From Vicugna vicugna (lineage: Eukaryota), in NCBI GenBank assembly GCA_013265495.1, contig MU058241.1:993249-1057248 (forward strand): a stretch of 64,000 nucleotides of DNA. Reading direction: 5' to 3'. Below are positions 12,918 to 25,979 of this stretch, piece after piece. Made by a program: the position numbers and the translations under genes. The notes under the pieces were generated by a model. It saw nothing but the letters and a program-made list of their open reading frames with translations. It searched no databases and was not told the origin of the DNA. Position 1 is the first letter of the stretch, and each line of letters begins with the position of its first letter.

Positions 12918-15900
12918 AAGAACCTACTGTTGAGAGAAGCCTAATAAAATAGTCCAGTGATAAGACATACTTATGCCTGAGGCCGCTGCATTACCTATGA
13001 ACACATAACCCCCCTCCATGAGCAAGGAGAAACATTCTCAGTAACTCTGCACTCTGAGCATTTTGGAGTTTTAAAAATAGGTATCACAGTAAAACCACAT
13101 AAATTCAGTCAATGCTTCATCATTTACCCATCTCAATGACAAACGCGGGAAAACAAACAGGAAGACACGTTCATAATTTTCTGACTCAAGGACAAGATGC
13201 AATTAATGACAACCATTTCAATACCCAAACTTGACTACTGAATTTCAAAACAAAAATTCCAGCTAAAATAAACTTTGTAAGTTAGAACAGTCTTAAATTC
13301 CGAAGAAGCCTGAAATGAAACATGTCTCTTGATATATTTACTAAATTTACTGAAACAATGCTTTGGATACCTTTAAAAAAAAAGTTTCATCTTGCTTTCA
13401 GCTTAATTAGAAATAACTTGATTCACTCTCTTCTCTGTAAAAAGAAATGGGGAGGGTTTTCTTCTGTTATATAGGGAACACTTTTTAGCAAACAAACATC
13501 AGAATCAGTTTCTTTGTGTATGCAAGGCACAATGTTCAAATGCAATCTGTGCCTTTCTCGACATAAGTGACACACTGACAGATTCAATTTTGTTTTAAGA
13601 TCTGCTCCAGCACTGACAGAATGTTAAGCATCTTACTGCTATGGATGTGCACCATCTGAATTTTGTGTAAATTTTTGCTTTCTAATAATGAACTTCCAAC
13701 AAAACAGCTAGTCAAGTAATCGCCATTTGAGTGTTCAAAGTTGATGGACGGCACTCAGTAGTTCTGGCTAATGAGGCACTGAAATGATGAGCAGAGAGAC
13801 CGAGGCATTGGTGCTGTTAGCTGAGAAGTGCTGAGGACTTCTCCAGGGATGGATGCCAGGGGAAACACTGAGCATGAAGTAGAGGAATAGACGGCAGGGG
13901 AGACACTGGGGATGAAGCAGTCTGCACATTCGTAAATGACAAGGGCATTACCAGATGAACTGAACAGAGTGGAGGGGCTCACTTACCATCAGACGTCCTT
14001 GGAGTTCTGGCATCCACCGGTGCCTCTCACCACGATGGAGATTAAAACCTCCTGTTTCTTCCAGTGACTACAGTTGGGCTTCACTCACCTGAAACCAAAG
14101 GTTTCCTGATCAGTACACAGCTACCTTCCCAAGATGAATTAACCTCTTTGTTGTGTGTTGGTCTGATGTGATTCTAAGCCCACTTAATCACGACAAAGAT
14201 GGAGCCGTCTCTGTAACTACAGCTGTTCTGATATAAAAGGGAAAGTGTTGGGTCAGGATGGCATCAGGGCCGCCTGTGGTTGCTCGGAAGCCCTCGGTGC
14301 TCGGCCGCTCGGGGCACATCAGCAAAAACACAAGCAGCGATGGCAGGGCCGTCAGATTGCACGCCCAGAGTTTGTGCAGACTGTCTGAGACTGTTCTGTC
14401 TGACTCTATGCTCACCTAAAGAGCTCTCTGAAGAGCTGGTGGCGTTAGCTCCTGCCTGGGCAAAATGACCCCTTGCCAGCAGTGGTGGAAACCATGCAGT
14501 CCCAAGGAGACAAATTTACCCACCAGAATCCACACCCTCACTCCCCAGCAAGCTGCTCTAGCAACAGGCGGTGCTCACTTTGCACAGGCACCGAGACAGA
14601 GCCCCAGGTGGCCGAGCCAACCCTTCAGAGAACCACCTCGTAGAAAGATACACCTCAACTAAACCTGGACTTTATTCTTTTCATCCCTTCCTTGCCTGGA
14701 ACAACAGTGTCATTAAGCTCTTATTGGTTTGGAGTATGTTGTTTCTTTATTGGCTTATTAAGAGACATTATCCTGTACACTACTGCCTTGTGAAATTATA
14801 ATTTCTGCAGTGAACCTGTATTAAATACATTATTGGCAAAGACAACCTCGGTCTCTGAGCTGGACAGAACACTCTTCTAAAGAGCATGCTATCCGTAAAA
14901 ACTGACCTTGAGGAGAATTAAGCAATCTTTTTTTCCTAGACTGGGGTAATGAGAACAGAAATGATCATAATGTTTTGCATGAATTTCATGTTGGTTAAGA
15001 CCAGGAAACTCACAGCAGTGATACTTTCTGATATAAAACTCAAAAATGGTTTTAATGACAACTCTTTACCTCTTTCAGAAATAAACATGAAAGTAATAAG
15101 TCAACACATAATTTTCCTGTTCAAATCGTAATTAGAAAAAAAATGCCTGACTATACTATTTTAGAAACATGAAGAACAGAGGCTCCTTTCAACTTCTTGG
15201 CTTGCCTTATTTTGACATCAAATTGCATGCAATTGTGCCTGCATGTGTCTGCATGGGGATTCATGCAAAGATGACTGAATTTAGTCACTGTTAGATATTA
15301 GACCTTTTTAATTAAATTTATCATGAAGTTTGAATCCATAGCCCCCAGACAGCATTGGAAGTAGCAGAAAAAACTCAATGACGTTATTTCCTTCTGAACA
15401 CATGCCCCAGGGCAGCAAGGGGTCAATGGCACCTGGCCTCTTTCAGCATTATTGATACGTCAGAATCTGCATTTTAAATCATTCCATTTTTAACAGGGTT
15501 GTAAGCTGAAACTCAAAACTCTTCTTTGCAATGCTTTGCCAAGTTAGGTATCTAAGTATGTATCAAACTACATTTGCTCAGTTTCTGTTTGGAATGTCAT
15601 CCATTACCACCTGTCCCCGGCTTAGAGGAATAATTACCCTGCACCCACTCTGTTATAACACTGCTGAGCAAGGATGTCCTGCACAAAACCCTCCAAGATT
15701 TCAAGGTCACACAGATCAGTGGCTCGACCTTGCTGAATTCTATTCACCCTTCCAGGACACTCGATAAACAGACCCCTGGTAAAGGAGCTCACTGGCATTG
15801 CTGGTACGACTCCGAGACACACAGCCAGTGGAGTCTCAACTGGAGCATTTGCCATCCTCCATTGTCTCAGACCCCACATCCCACATAAACCAGCCTGCAT

Positions 15901-15929
15901 CCTGTCCTTTATGGGGTGTGGTAAGCAGC

Positions 15930-16145
15930 AGACAGGGAAGGCGGGTGGCCCTTAGAAGCTGGAAAAGGCAAGGGAACAAATTCTCCCCTAGAGTCTCCGG
16001 AAGGAATGTAGCCTTGCCAACTGTTGGATCTTAGCCCTGCAAGACCTTTTAGGACTTCTGACCTCCAGCACTGTAAGGCAATAAATGAGTATTGTTTGGA
16101 GTCAGTACGTTTGTGGGAATGTTACGACACCAATGGAAACCTACT
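15930..16145 (+). mobile_element. MaLR LTR fragment (MLT1D-like)
   Basis: 'agaagctggaaaaggcaagggaacaaattctcccctagag', 'gacttctgacctccagcactgtaag', AATAAA. Confidence 0.8.
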
Positions 16146-16564
16146 GGGCACCCTCATGTTATGATTTTAATTACTTACTGTAATTAATTACGCTTCAGCT
16201 TTCATTAACATTAAATCTGAATGAGCAAGCTGGTCGGCACAATTTGAGAAGACATTTGAGTTCCATGAGCACAAACACTGAAACACAGATTTTTATCATC
16301 AGACCCAAACATTAGTGAGCCTGATGGCTCCAACTCCAGGACCAGTCCTCCAGTATGAGGACTTACAACCATCTTTCTTTATTTCTTTGAGTAATTACCT
16401 TTACCTCACCAAGTGATACATTTCCACTGCTATTTTTTATCTGTTAACGCTATATAATGATCTCCTCTTATGAAACATGAAATCTACTTACATTACAATA
16501 TCTCCATCGTAAGTTTTTTTTTTTTAATAATTATATCACTGTGTAGACTTTCTCTATTAGTTAC

Positions 16565-17049
16565 TGTTCTGGGTTGAACTGTGTAACCCCAAAATTCGTA
16601 TGTTGGGTCCTAAGCCCCATCACCTGAGAATGTAACCTCATTTAGAGGTTAGGTCTTTATGGAAGTAATCCATTTCACATGACGTCATGAGGGTGGGCCC
16701 TAATGCAATGGGACTGGTGTCCTTCCTTACAGAAAGGGGAAATTTGGACATGAGACAGACATGCGTCAGGGAAGACAGTGTGATGGGACCCAGAGAGAGG
16801 TCCTGTGAAAACGGAGAGAGATGGGAACGATGTGTCTGAAAGCCAGGGAACGCCAAAGACTGCCAGCAAACCACCGGGAGCAAGGGGGAACCCATGGAGA
16901 CTCTTCCTCCCAGCCCTCGGAAGGATCCAACCCTGCCAGCACTGGATCCTGGACTCCCAGCTTTGAGAACTCTAAGACAGTCAACCTCTTTGGTTGAGGC
17001 CACCCCAGCCTGCGGTGCTGGGTCACGGCAGCCCTAGCAATCTGATGTA
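16565..17049 (+). mobile_element. MaLR solo LTR (MLT1B/C-like)
   Basis: Begins tgttctgggttgaactgtg; 'gggtgggccctaatgcaatgggactggtgtcctt'; ends 'ggcagccctagcaatctgatgta'. Confidence 0.85.
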
Positions 17050-17483
17050 GCTACCTTCACAACCCAAGATAATACACATCACAAAACCAAGTTCCTTGCT
17101 TTGTTGTATCAAAGCAAAAAAGGACACAGGTGCCCAGGAACAGAGGGGAGTTTGGACTTGTCCTACAATCTGGTGTCTTATTAGGAACAGGGAGGGGCTG
17201 CCGCCTGCATAAAACAGACATTTATGAATGTGTGTTTTACATTCCTGCTCCGCATGGAGTCACCTACATTTTTCATCTAGGAGAAAAGACAATATATACA
17301 TATTTACAAGCCAAGAGCAGGGAGAGGAGGAAAGAATGACAGTACAGTTACCTTCTTGCTCCCCACCAACCCTCTCCCGTCCCCACCTACCTTCTCCCCT
17401 CCCTGCCCAGGCATTTCCGGGACAGGAGTAACTCACACGTGGGGACATTCATGGGTCCCTGCTTCCATACCACACGACTCGTC

Positions 17484-17676
17484 CGATGGTTCTCAGCTGG
17501 GGGAGATTCCCCAGAAGTCAAATGGCTATACCTGCTTGTCACAGGTGGAAAGGATGCTACTGGCATCTGATGGGTGCAGACCAGGGACACTGCTCAACAC
17601 CCTACAACGCACAGGACGGCACCCGCAATAGTCATCTGGCCCCTAAAGTCATCAGTGCTACGGTTTAGAAATCCTG
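17484..17676. mobile_element. MER20 hAT-Charlie MITE
   Basis: 'ggttctcagctgggggagatt', 'gctactggcatctgatgggtgcagaccagggacactgctcaacaccctacaacgcacaggac', 'ttagaaatcctg'. Confidence 0.8.
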
Positions 17677-20468
17677 CATTAGTGGAAGGGGTGGAATCTC
17701 ACAGAGAGGAAATTCCAAGAAAAGCACCTCATCTTGTCCATCATCACTCCTAACAGGGGCCCCCATCCTGGGGAAGAGGTGAGGAGTTGGGAGAGGAGAC
17801 CCAACGGTACCTGCCCTGGAACATCCCTTCAGAGGCCAGCACAAGCAGTATTTTCAATCTTGCCATGGTCTTATGAGTGTTTCGATACGCGACAAGTTAC
17901 AGGCTGCTCCCTGGGGCAGCGCACGTTATTTCTGCAGCCCTGGTTCCCAGCACAGACCTAAGAACAAAGCAGACACCGCAGCACTTCCGTCGACATTTCC
18001 CGAATTAATGGCAAGTGTTTCCATTCCTAACACCAAGTGCTAGAATAAATACTTGGACTTTTTTCCCATTAAACAGAGTACCTATGATTGTTTTGTTTCA
18101 CTGCCATTCCCACTTTTCTACTGGTTGAAAATGGCAGCACCTCTTAACCCCAATTCCTGACAGAGTAGTGATACCTAAGTCAAACGCAGGCTCCTGTAAA
18201 TTTCATGGCCCATTATTATAATTTCCTTGTCACTCCTTAGAAATCATTTTCATTTGAAGAACAGCTCAAATGTATTACAGATTTAGAAAGAGCATCACCA
18301 AGGTCAATATTTCACTTGCCCACAGGGTAACCATTACTATCCCCACTGGACATTTGTCCTCTGGGGCAGAGACATTCAGACGCAGAGCCTGGAAGGGGAG
18401 GCCTGAAATCCCCACTGGGCAGTCGGCCTCCGGACCCCGCACTCTTAACTGTCTTCACCAGCAGTCTCTGTATGGCCTACCATTTGGGCACAGATGCCTG
18501 CAACGATGTCAGGGGTCCTCTTCCTCCCTCTTTCACAACGAGGACAGAAATCCACGTGGTCCAGCAAGTTGGTTCAGATTCCTACCCCCATCCAGCAAGA
18601 AACGGCAGCGTCAGGATTCAGTAGCCTGTCTGTCTGCCCTGATGTGAACTGACAAAAAGGACAACTCCTGCTGACGACGGTTCAAAGGGCCCGAGATCCC
18701 TCTTCCCAATTCCTTCTGGGCAGATCGTGTCGGCGTGGACAAGGCGGTCATGCCAAATGCAGCGAGTTACTGCAACTGCCAGCACTCTCTCTTACGGGCC
18801 AACACTCTGCAAAGATGCCTCAAAAAATCATAGAACTGAGTTGCGTGCTGTCTAAAATATGTGTTCGGTCTCCTCCCCAACCAGGTTTTCAGAAAGGACA
18901 GAGTAACATCTTTGAAGAGCACTGAAGATAGCCATTTGCAGACAGGAGGTGCCTCAGAAGAAACCTGAGTATTTTCTTCTCGAACATCTAACACGCTAAT
19001 ACCTTGGAGACCTTCCCAAGCCTTGGGTTTCAACATGCGACTTGCTTTGCCCGGCAGAGTCTGTGCTCATCAGTGAAGCACTCTCGACTTCAAACGCACT
19101 TGAAAATCGGTTGACTTGAGTCAGAAACCTTTTGCATTCACACAGCATGAGTCACAGCACCCAAAAGAGTTTGCTGGAATATTGCTCAATCCTTTGCACT
19201 CAAGGAAACTGTGCAACAACTCTCCTTACAAAGATTTTTTTGCTGAAGGTTTTCAAATGGCTTTTGAATATATCCCATTTGATTTTCTATTAATAATCCC
19301 ATCCTTAATTTTCAGAAATGATTTTTTTCTTAACCTATCATATCTGAACCAAACTTAGAACAATAACCAATGAGCATGAAATATAACTTAATGTTTTAAC
19401 AATAAAAGTCAAGGAAAATGTTTTGTATTTTAGAGATAATTACAAGGACCAAAATCTAATGGACACTGAGATTCAGTCTCACTGTTCTAAAAACAGTAAG
19501 AAATTCTATGAATTTCTATCTTGACTGATATTCAGAAGTGGCAAACTTTCTATGAGATTCTAAATGATTATGAATGAAAATGTGATTACAGCATGGGAGC
19601 CTATAGCAGGGGCAGGGTTCATTAAACTTTCCATTCTGTGGCTCCCCTGTTTAATCAGGAACTCATGGCCTGGCTTCGTCTCTGCCAGGCTTCATTGGTC
19701 ATAGTGGACTGAAACGCACTAGGAGTAAAGTCCCGTTCTGCTTGGGAAAAGCTACATTTTCTTCGATTGCACTTTCAACTCAAATTGAAATTGTAAAAAA
19801 TACAAGGCACAGATACCACAATCCCCTTTCTGTAACTTCCAGTCAAGCAGAAAAGCACATAATTGAGGTATATATGTTTTTTAGATGCAAAGCAAATTTC
19901 ATTTTTTAAAACAAGTTATTACCCCTGAAAAGTTCCATCTCCCTGCAGCACCAGGCCCAAAGCATTCTTTGTTTCATCACATAACTACAGCGCTCAGAGA
20001 ATTCTACATGTTTCTAGCTTTACGGCAGAACTGGAAAATGTGGAAAAATATTCTGACAAAAACTGTTTTCTTGTAGCCTATGGTATCCGTCAGTATTTAC
20101 CAGGGTCACTATTCGTATTCTGGGGTTTGCTTTGTTTTTTTACAAAAATCTATGAAATAACAAACTAAAACAAAAAGCTTTCCAACACTAGACACAACTT
20201 TGTAAACCTCCAGTGTGAGATTTCTGCCCCTTCGATTATAAATCACCTTTTTTTTTTTTCACTTCTGGCTAGACACAATTTCAGAATATATGCACTTGGT
20301 CTTTAGAACATTCCGAAAAAGCAGAAGACCTAGACATGTTTTTAGTTTATTGACTCAGAAAGCGGAACTGGAGGTGCTAAGCACTTTCCTGGGATGGACA
20401 CTGTGTTATGAAATTGTGACGTCATGGTGTCAGAGAAGTGGGTGGGGTCAGAGGCTTTGAGGTACCGA

Positions 20469-20756
20469 TGTCAGTGGATTTCGGTTGCTGTAACAAAACA
20501 TCATAGGCTGGGGGCCTTAGAGGACAGACATCTATTTCTCACAGCTCTGGAGGCTGGAAAGCCCAAGGTCAAGGTGTTGGCTGACGGGATAATCTCTCTT
20601 CCTCTTCTTATAAAGCCACTCATCCCAGCATATGGACCCCAGCCTCCTGCCCTCATCTCACCCTAATTACTTCGCAAAGACCCCAGCTCCAAACACCATC
20701 CCACTGAGGGCAGGGCTTCTCCATATGATTTTGGGGACACAGTTCAGTCCACGGCA
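20469..20756 (-). mobile_element. MaLR LTR (MLT1A-like)
   Basis: 'gctgtaacaaaacatcataggctggg', 'atttctcacagctctggaggctggaaagcccaaggtcaaggtg', 'ggggacacagttcagtcca'. Confidence 0.85.
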
Positions 20757-20779
20757 GCACCTTAGCTTCCCTGGTTTCC

Positions 20780-21420
20780 AACTAGACATCAGGGCCATGA
20801 GAATGAGGGGAGGTGCCTCTGTGAAGTCTGTGTAAGAAACCGCAGCAGCCACCGTCCTTCTCCCTGTAGAGAAGCATCCGGACCACAGGGAGCTGGGAGA
20901 CAAAGCTGCCCCTTCCAGGTGAGGATCCTACAGTGGGGAAGGGTTGGAACCAGGAGTGTGGATGGGGGAGCCAGCCTTGGAGGATGAAGGAAGAGCAACG
21001 ACCTGGGGTGACCACACACTTTGTCATGTGGAGAACGGGTAAGAAAGGGCCCAGCGGGCAGAGAGGTCCATTCAGAGGACACGCAAAGCGGAACGGAACA
21101 CAGGGAAGAAAACCGGAGTTTTGGAGAACAAGCCTGACAGAAGGGAAGGACAGAGCAGGAATGAAGAAGGGCTGAGGAGAAGGGGCACGTGGAGGAGACA
21201 AGACTCCAGAAGGACGACATTCTGAGAGCTGCGGGGGATGTGGAAGGAACGGTGACAGAGAAGCAAGTCAAGGGGAGGGTGGTGGTGGTCACGACCTGGG
21301 TGTCAGACTGCAGGAAGGGCAGGGCGCTGGGTGGGAAAGAGGAGTGGAAGGGAGAGTTAGATGCTGAGAAAACAGGGCTTCTAGAAAGATAAGCATCAGT
21401 CAGCACCAGATGTCAACACC
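20780..21420 (-). mobile_element. Degraded L2 LINE fragment
   Basis: Long purine-rich degenerate tract typical of antisense L2; likely explains the overlapping low-complexity ORFs. Confidence 0.4.
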
Positions 21421-23872
21421 TGGGGAATGAGAGCACCAGGGTGTTCTCCACACTTGGAGACAGTAGTTTTCCTCAACTCCAGAGAATCCAGAGATACCTG
21501 GTATCCTCTGCCCAGCATCCTCCAGCCTTAGTGAATGGCCAACGCCACTCTCAAAAACGTTCTGTTTCTAGAAATTGCTGAGTTGGTAGCATCATCTGAC
21601 CCTTTTTTCTAACTCTCATCTCAAGGTCCCTCATTTCCTCTTTTTCTTCTACCTCCTTGATGGCCTCTTTCTCCTGGTTTAAGAGGCGCTGCATGCTCCT
21701 TACACGCAGCCTCTCTCAAGAGCACCTTGGATTCTTCAGAGAAAAGGAGCCAAATTAAGCTAATGCATATAAACAAATGTGCTTCTCAGATTCTGAAATG
21801 AATCAAAAGCATCTTCCAGACCCGCCCAGTTGGACCATTAAAGACCACATTAGAGACTTTTCTACATCTGTAAGATGTATGATCATCATAATAGAGGGAT
21901 CCTATTGAGACAGAAAATGAAGTTACTGTTTTCTGATTTGAATGACGAGCCTGTTTGGAACAGTAACGTGCATGACAATTTCTGCATCCTCGCAAAGATC
22001 ACCTTGCCAGCCTCTGACAGCTATTTCATGTTCCTCCCAAAGACTTTGAAGGAATGTTTTTGAATTGCCCTATGCATGAACCTTGATGTTTCCAATGTCT
22101 CACCATTCTAGTAATTCAAAAAAAGATGAAAATGGTTTCAAAATCTTTCAGGTTTGAGTTTTATTGATGTTTCCCACTCCCGACCCCCTGCACAGTGTAC
22201 TTACTTATGTCAAGTTCACCCTTCCCATGCAAATACTGCTCTCTGCACTGGTCTAGAAGTTCAGTGTTTAGAGAGGCACATTAGTGATGCCGGTCTGTCA
22301 GTACTGCATGGTTCTCCGGTGATCTGACACAGGACAAACTGTGAACCGTACTGATGTAGCAAGGCCACCAAATATACAGAGACTTAATACTAATAGGACT
22401 CCGACCTGTTTTCTTTTAGAAATCACTGTACCTAGAATAACTTTTTCTAGACAACCTTTATGTCTCTATTATATTTTTAAAAATTATCAATTCCTTAATT
22501 GTTAGAACTTTAGTTATTAATGTGAAACACTTATTAGTTTAGGGGAAGAACAGGAAATTTGAGGCACCTGCCTCTCTAGATTTTAATAATTCTTTTCACA
22601 CAGGAGTTGTTACAGGGATAACATGAATCAATTTGGTCAAGATGCAATTTATAACCATGTAGACTATCACACGAGACTTCTTCCCCTCAATGATCCATGA
22701 GGTATTCGTGGATCTGATTTATTCTTAAAAGACAGAACGCATGTATAGGGAACAGTCAGAGGATGGGTGGGTGGGCAGGACTCTGCAAGTGCAATCTGGT
22801 TTACATAGCCAAGTTTGCTTTCAAATTGCTAAATTGCACAAGGTACTAACACACACAACTATGATTCTTCTCTATGGCAGTGAGAGAGTGTTCACCCTGG
22901 CCCTCCCATCATGACTTCCTGATATTTCATCACATTGAAACGTGAAATACTGGTGCAACACACAAGAAAAAGTAAAAGCCAAAGGCTTCAGTCAGGTTGA
23001 TGGAAAACCTTTTCCATCTACAACTTTCTATTAAGTTGTAATTTTCAGAAACAACATGAGTTGATTTTTTTTCCTAAATCAATGCCAAGACTTTAATAAC
23101 GCAAAGTTTATTAAGAAAAAAAAACCCTAAAATGTAACAGGGAAAAATAAATTGAAAGTGGCTTGAAACAATTTCGTTCTGAGATGAGTTTGGAAGGCTG
23201 TTCTACCATGTAAACATTTTACCTCAGACTTGGTCATTACGGATGAACCAATGGGATATGCAGAGACTTCTAAGTTGTCACTTGGGTATTTTTAACGCAC
23301 ATTTCTACCAATTTGACCACGCCCATGGTAAGCTCAGGTGCATCCCTCCCAGGCTGTTAGTAGTTCTGGCTGCTCAAACAAGCTTCTGCGCCTGTCAACG
23401 TCTCAATCCAAACTCGCCGCCTGCTTCCCCCTGCACGCTTTCCCTCTTTGTAAGGATTAGAGGCTGAGCCCCTTGTCACTGCATTCATAGTTGTTCCCCT
23501 CAGACCTGAGTCTCGCTTCCACCTTGGAACTCACTGCCCGGACCGCACGCCCCGCCTCGCCGTCCTCACCACCCTTCCCGCTCACGGCGCCTGGAGCTTT
23601 CATCACCGCCGCCTCTCTCCCCGAAACGCCCTTTAGTCCCTCTGCCAACACCCGCCTCTCCTTCAAGGCTTTGCTCAAACATCACCTCTTGTAAGAAGCC
23701 GTCCTCGAATGTCTCCCCACAGTAAGGCTTCACGAGCCCTGCCTCTGTGTCCGACAGAATTACAAACTTGCTTCCACCACAACGCACAGAGCCTAACGCC
23801 GCCGCAGGGCGCAGGGAGGTGCGCGCAGCCTCCACCCAGCTGTGCCCACTGACGACCCCGCGCGTCTCTCAC

Positions 23873-24020
23873 CTGGTGGGGTGTGGCCGCCCCGCGGGCC
23901 CAGGGTGCACCAGAGCAGAGAGCTGGGCGTGCTGGGGGAAGCAGAGGTCCCGGAGAGGGCCCAGCACGCCGTTCCCCTCCACGGGTGGCTGTTCCTGACG
24001 ACCTCGCGGTCAGCCTGCCG
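23873..24020 (-). other. Candidate non-coding first exon from the CpG island
   Basis: Minus-strand donor CCACCAG|gtgaga (GT at 23872-23871). TATTTA-like box at about 24043-24048 on the minus strand. The 5' end is a guess. Confidence 0.35.
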
Positions 24021-24145
24021 CAGAAGGCGGGAGCCTTCCGCCTAAATAGTGCCAGGGGTGGGGGTGGGGGCGCCGGGCCCAGGACGCCTGCCGCTGGGCC
24101 CACGACATGACAGCACTCCGTGAGACGCACACACTCACGTGTGGG

Positions 24146-24273
24146 GGAGCCGGGCGTCCCCCCAGCGTGGGGGCGCACGTGGGAGCGCAGAGGAGCAGCG
24201 CAGACCCGCGGAGCCGGGCGTTCCCCCAGCGCGGGAGCCCACGGGCGCTCGCAGACGAGTAGCGCAGACCCGC
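24146..24273. repeat. Diverged 64-bp tandem duplication in the CpG island
   Basis: 24146-24209 vs 24210-24273 align without gaps, 10 mismatches in 64 by manual alignment. Confidence 0.9.
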
Positions 24274-24376
24274 AGCGGCCGCGCGAGCCTGGCTTCCGGA
24301 ACACGAGTGGGCGGGGCCTCGGCGTTCTCGCGGGAAGCGCTCTTTAAGCAACACGGCCGGAGGGCACGGCCGCTCA

Positions 24377-24470
24377 CGCGTGAGGCGCGTGAGGCGCGTG
24401 AGGCGCGTGAGGCGCGTGAGGCGCGTGAGGCGCGTGAGGCGCGTGAGGCGCGTGAGGCGCGTGAGGCGCG
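24377..24470. repeat. Perfect 9-bp tandem repeat (CGCGTGAGG)x10 plus CGCG
   Basis: Read directly; overlaps the 12-bp palindrome CTCACGCGTGAG (24373-24384). Confidence 0.98.
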
Positions 24471-25333
24471 GGCCCGAGGACGTACAGCTGGCCTCGCGGT
24501 TACGGGAACCGGCCAGGTGGGCAGCCTTTCCTGCAGGGAGCCGGGCACACCTGGGGAGAGACCGCTAGGGGCCCGGAGGCTTAACTGTGTCAAGGCAGTA
24601 CTTGGAGTTCCAGACACCACAACACAAAGGCTAGCAAAGATTTTCCTCCTCTTCTCCAGCTGCGTTCAGGTTCTAGGCAGGTGGCCCGGGCTGGAATCTG
24701 GAGAAGGTGGACACCCCCCTTTTCCCGGGCCAGTAACCAAAGTTTGGAAATTGATCACAATCACGTGGCACCTGGAAAAGCCCCCTCCCCACAGCGTGCG
24801 CTGCGGAGCGGTGTTGTTCGCTTCATTCCTCAGCGGGGATGGTAATTGGGAGAGAAATCCATTCTCCTCCCGTCCCCAAACCACCATTCTTTTAACAAAC
24901 ATTGTTTTGTTTTGTTTTCTATATTCTATGAACTTAGGGGAAACAACACTGTAAACTGACTATACTTCCATTAAAAACAAAACAAAGACAGATAAGGGTC
25001 TCTGGGCCTAGCGGAGGCTTGGCAACAGAGGAGGAAAGGTAACAAGTACACAAGTAACTACTAATGAAAACAGATCTGTTCAGAGTGAAGCAAAGAGCAA
25101 GCAGGGTAGACGTTATGTGGAGCTGAACAGACACGGGTGCCTCAAAGTAGGTGGCAAGCGTGACTATGAGCTTCTAGCCTGGTGTGTCCCATGTAAGCAC
25201 GTTAAGCAACTCAGGCTCTTTACTGCCTGTGACAACCAACCGGGCGGGTATTACACAGGATTCCTTACGTAGCATTTTAGTGTTGTAGTGTGGCGTGCAC
25301 ACTGAACGTAATCTCCTTAGAGCGTCTCCCCTC

Positions 25334-25979
25334 TGCGTTAGGTTTCTACCCTGCATAAGGAATTAGCGCCGTCTCAGCGTCTTAAAACAACACCCGTGTA
25401 CAAGGGTGCTGGTTCATTTGTGTCAGCAGTCCAGGCGTGGATGAACCCGGTCCTCTGCGCAGGGTCTGCCCAGATGGGCTGCCTGCTCATCCGAGGCTTC
25501 ACCAGGAAACAGTCCCTCCTCAGGTCCATTCAGGCTATTGAGAGAATTAGCTGTTTGCAGTTGTGGTGCTGAAGCCCCCATTTCCTTGCTGACTGTCAGC
25601 AACTGACAGCTACCGTCAGTCCTGGCCACATGGGCCCCCTAGCAGTAGTTCATAACATGGTGCTTTGCTTCTTCATCAGCAGGAAAGCCTTTCTTTCTTG
25701 CAAATACATCTCTTCGGGAAACTCCTGGAGCCTCTTGAAAGGGCTCACCTGATTTGGTCAGGCCCATTCAGCATTACCTCCTTTCCATGAACTCAAAGTC
25801 CCCTCCCTGTCCAGGGACCTAATTACCTCTGCCAACTCTCTGCCCCTTCACTGCATCCTTGATCAGTCACTGCAGGAATGCCTTCATTATATGCACATTC
25901 AAGGCTGGGACTGGAAGGGGTGTGCATGTCAGTAGAGGAGCAGGAATTCTGGGAGCCAGGTTAGAATTCTGCCATCACA
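25334..25979 (-). mobile_element. MaLR LTR (MLT1E/F-like)
   Basis: 'cttaaaacaacac', 'ttcaggctattgagagaattagctgtttgcagttgtgg', 'aagggctcacctgatttggtcaggccca', ends 'ttagaattctgccatcaca'. Confidence 0.75.

Larger units (their letters stand above)
23520..24840. promoter_or_regulatory. CpG island / probable (alternative) promoter
   Basis: Very high GC and CpG density relative to flanks. GC-box gggcgggg (24309-24316), ETS-like cttccgg (24293-24299), E2F/BANP-like ttctcgcgggaa (24325-24336), CACGTG E-boxes at 24136, 24176 and 24762. Confidence 0.8.

Noticed and set aside
24377..24470. CRISPR-like array
   Set aside because: Head-to-tail 9-mers with no spacers, in eukaryotic DNA with no cas genes.
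24139..24954. 271-aa ORF with (REA)n, and overlapping ORFs with (RAS)n/(RRV)n
   Set aside because: A by-product of the GC-rich island and the 9-bp repeat; non-ATG start, several frames open, no recognisable domain.
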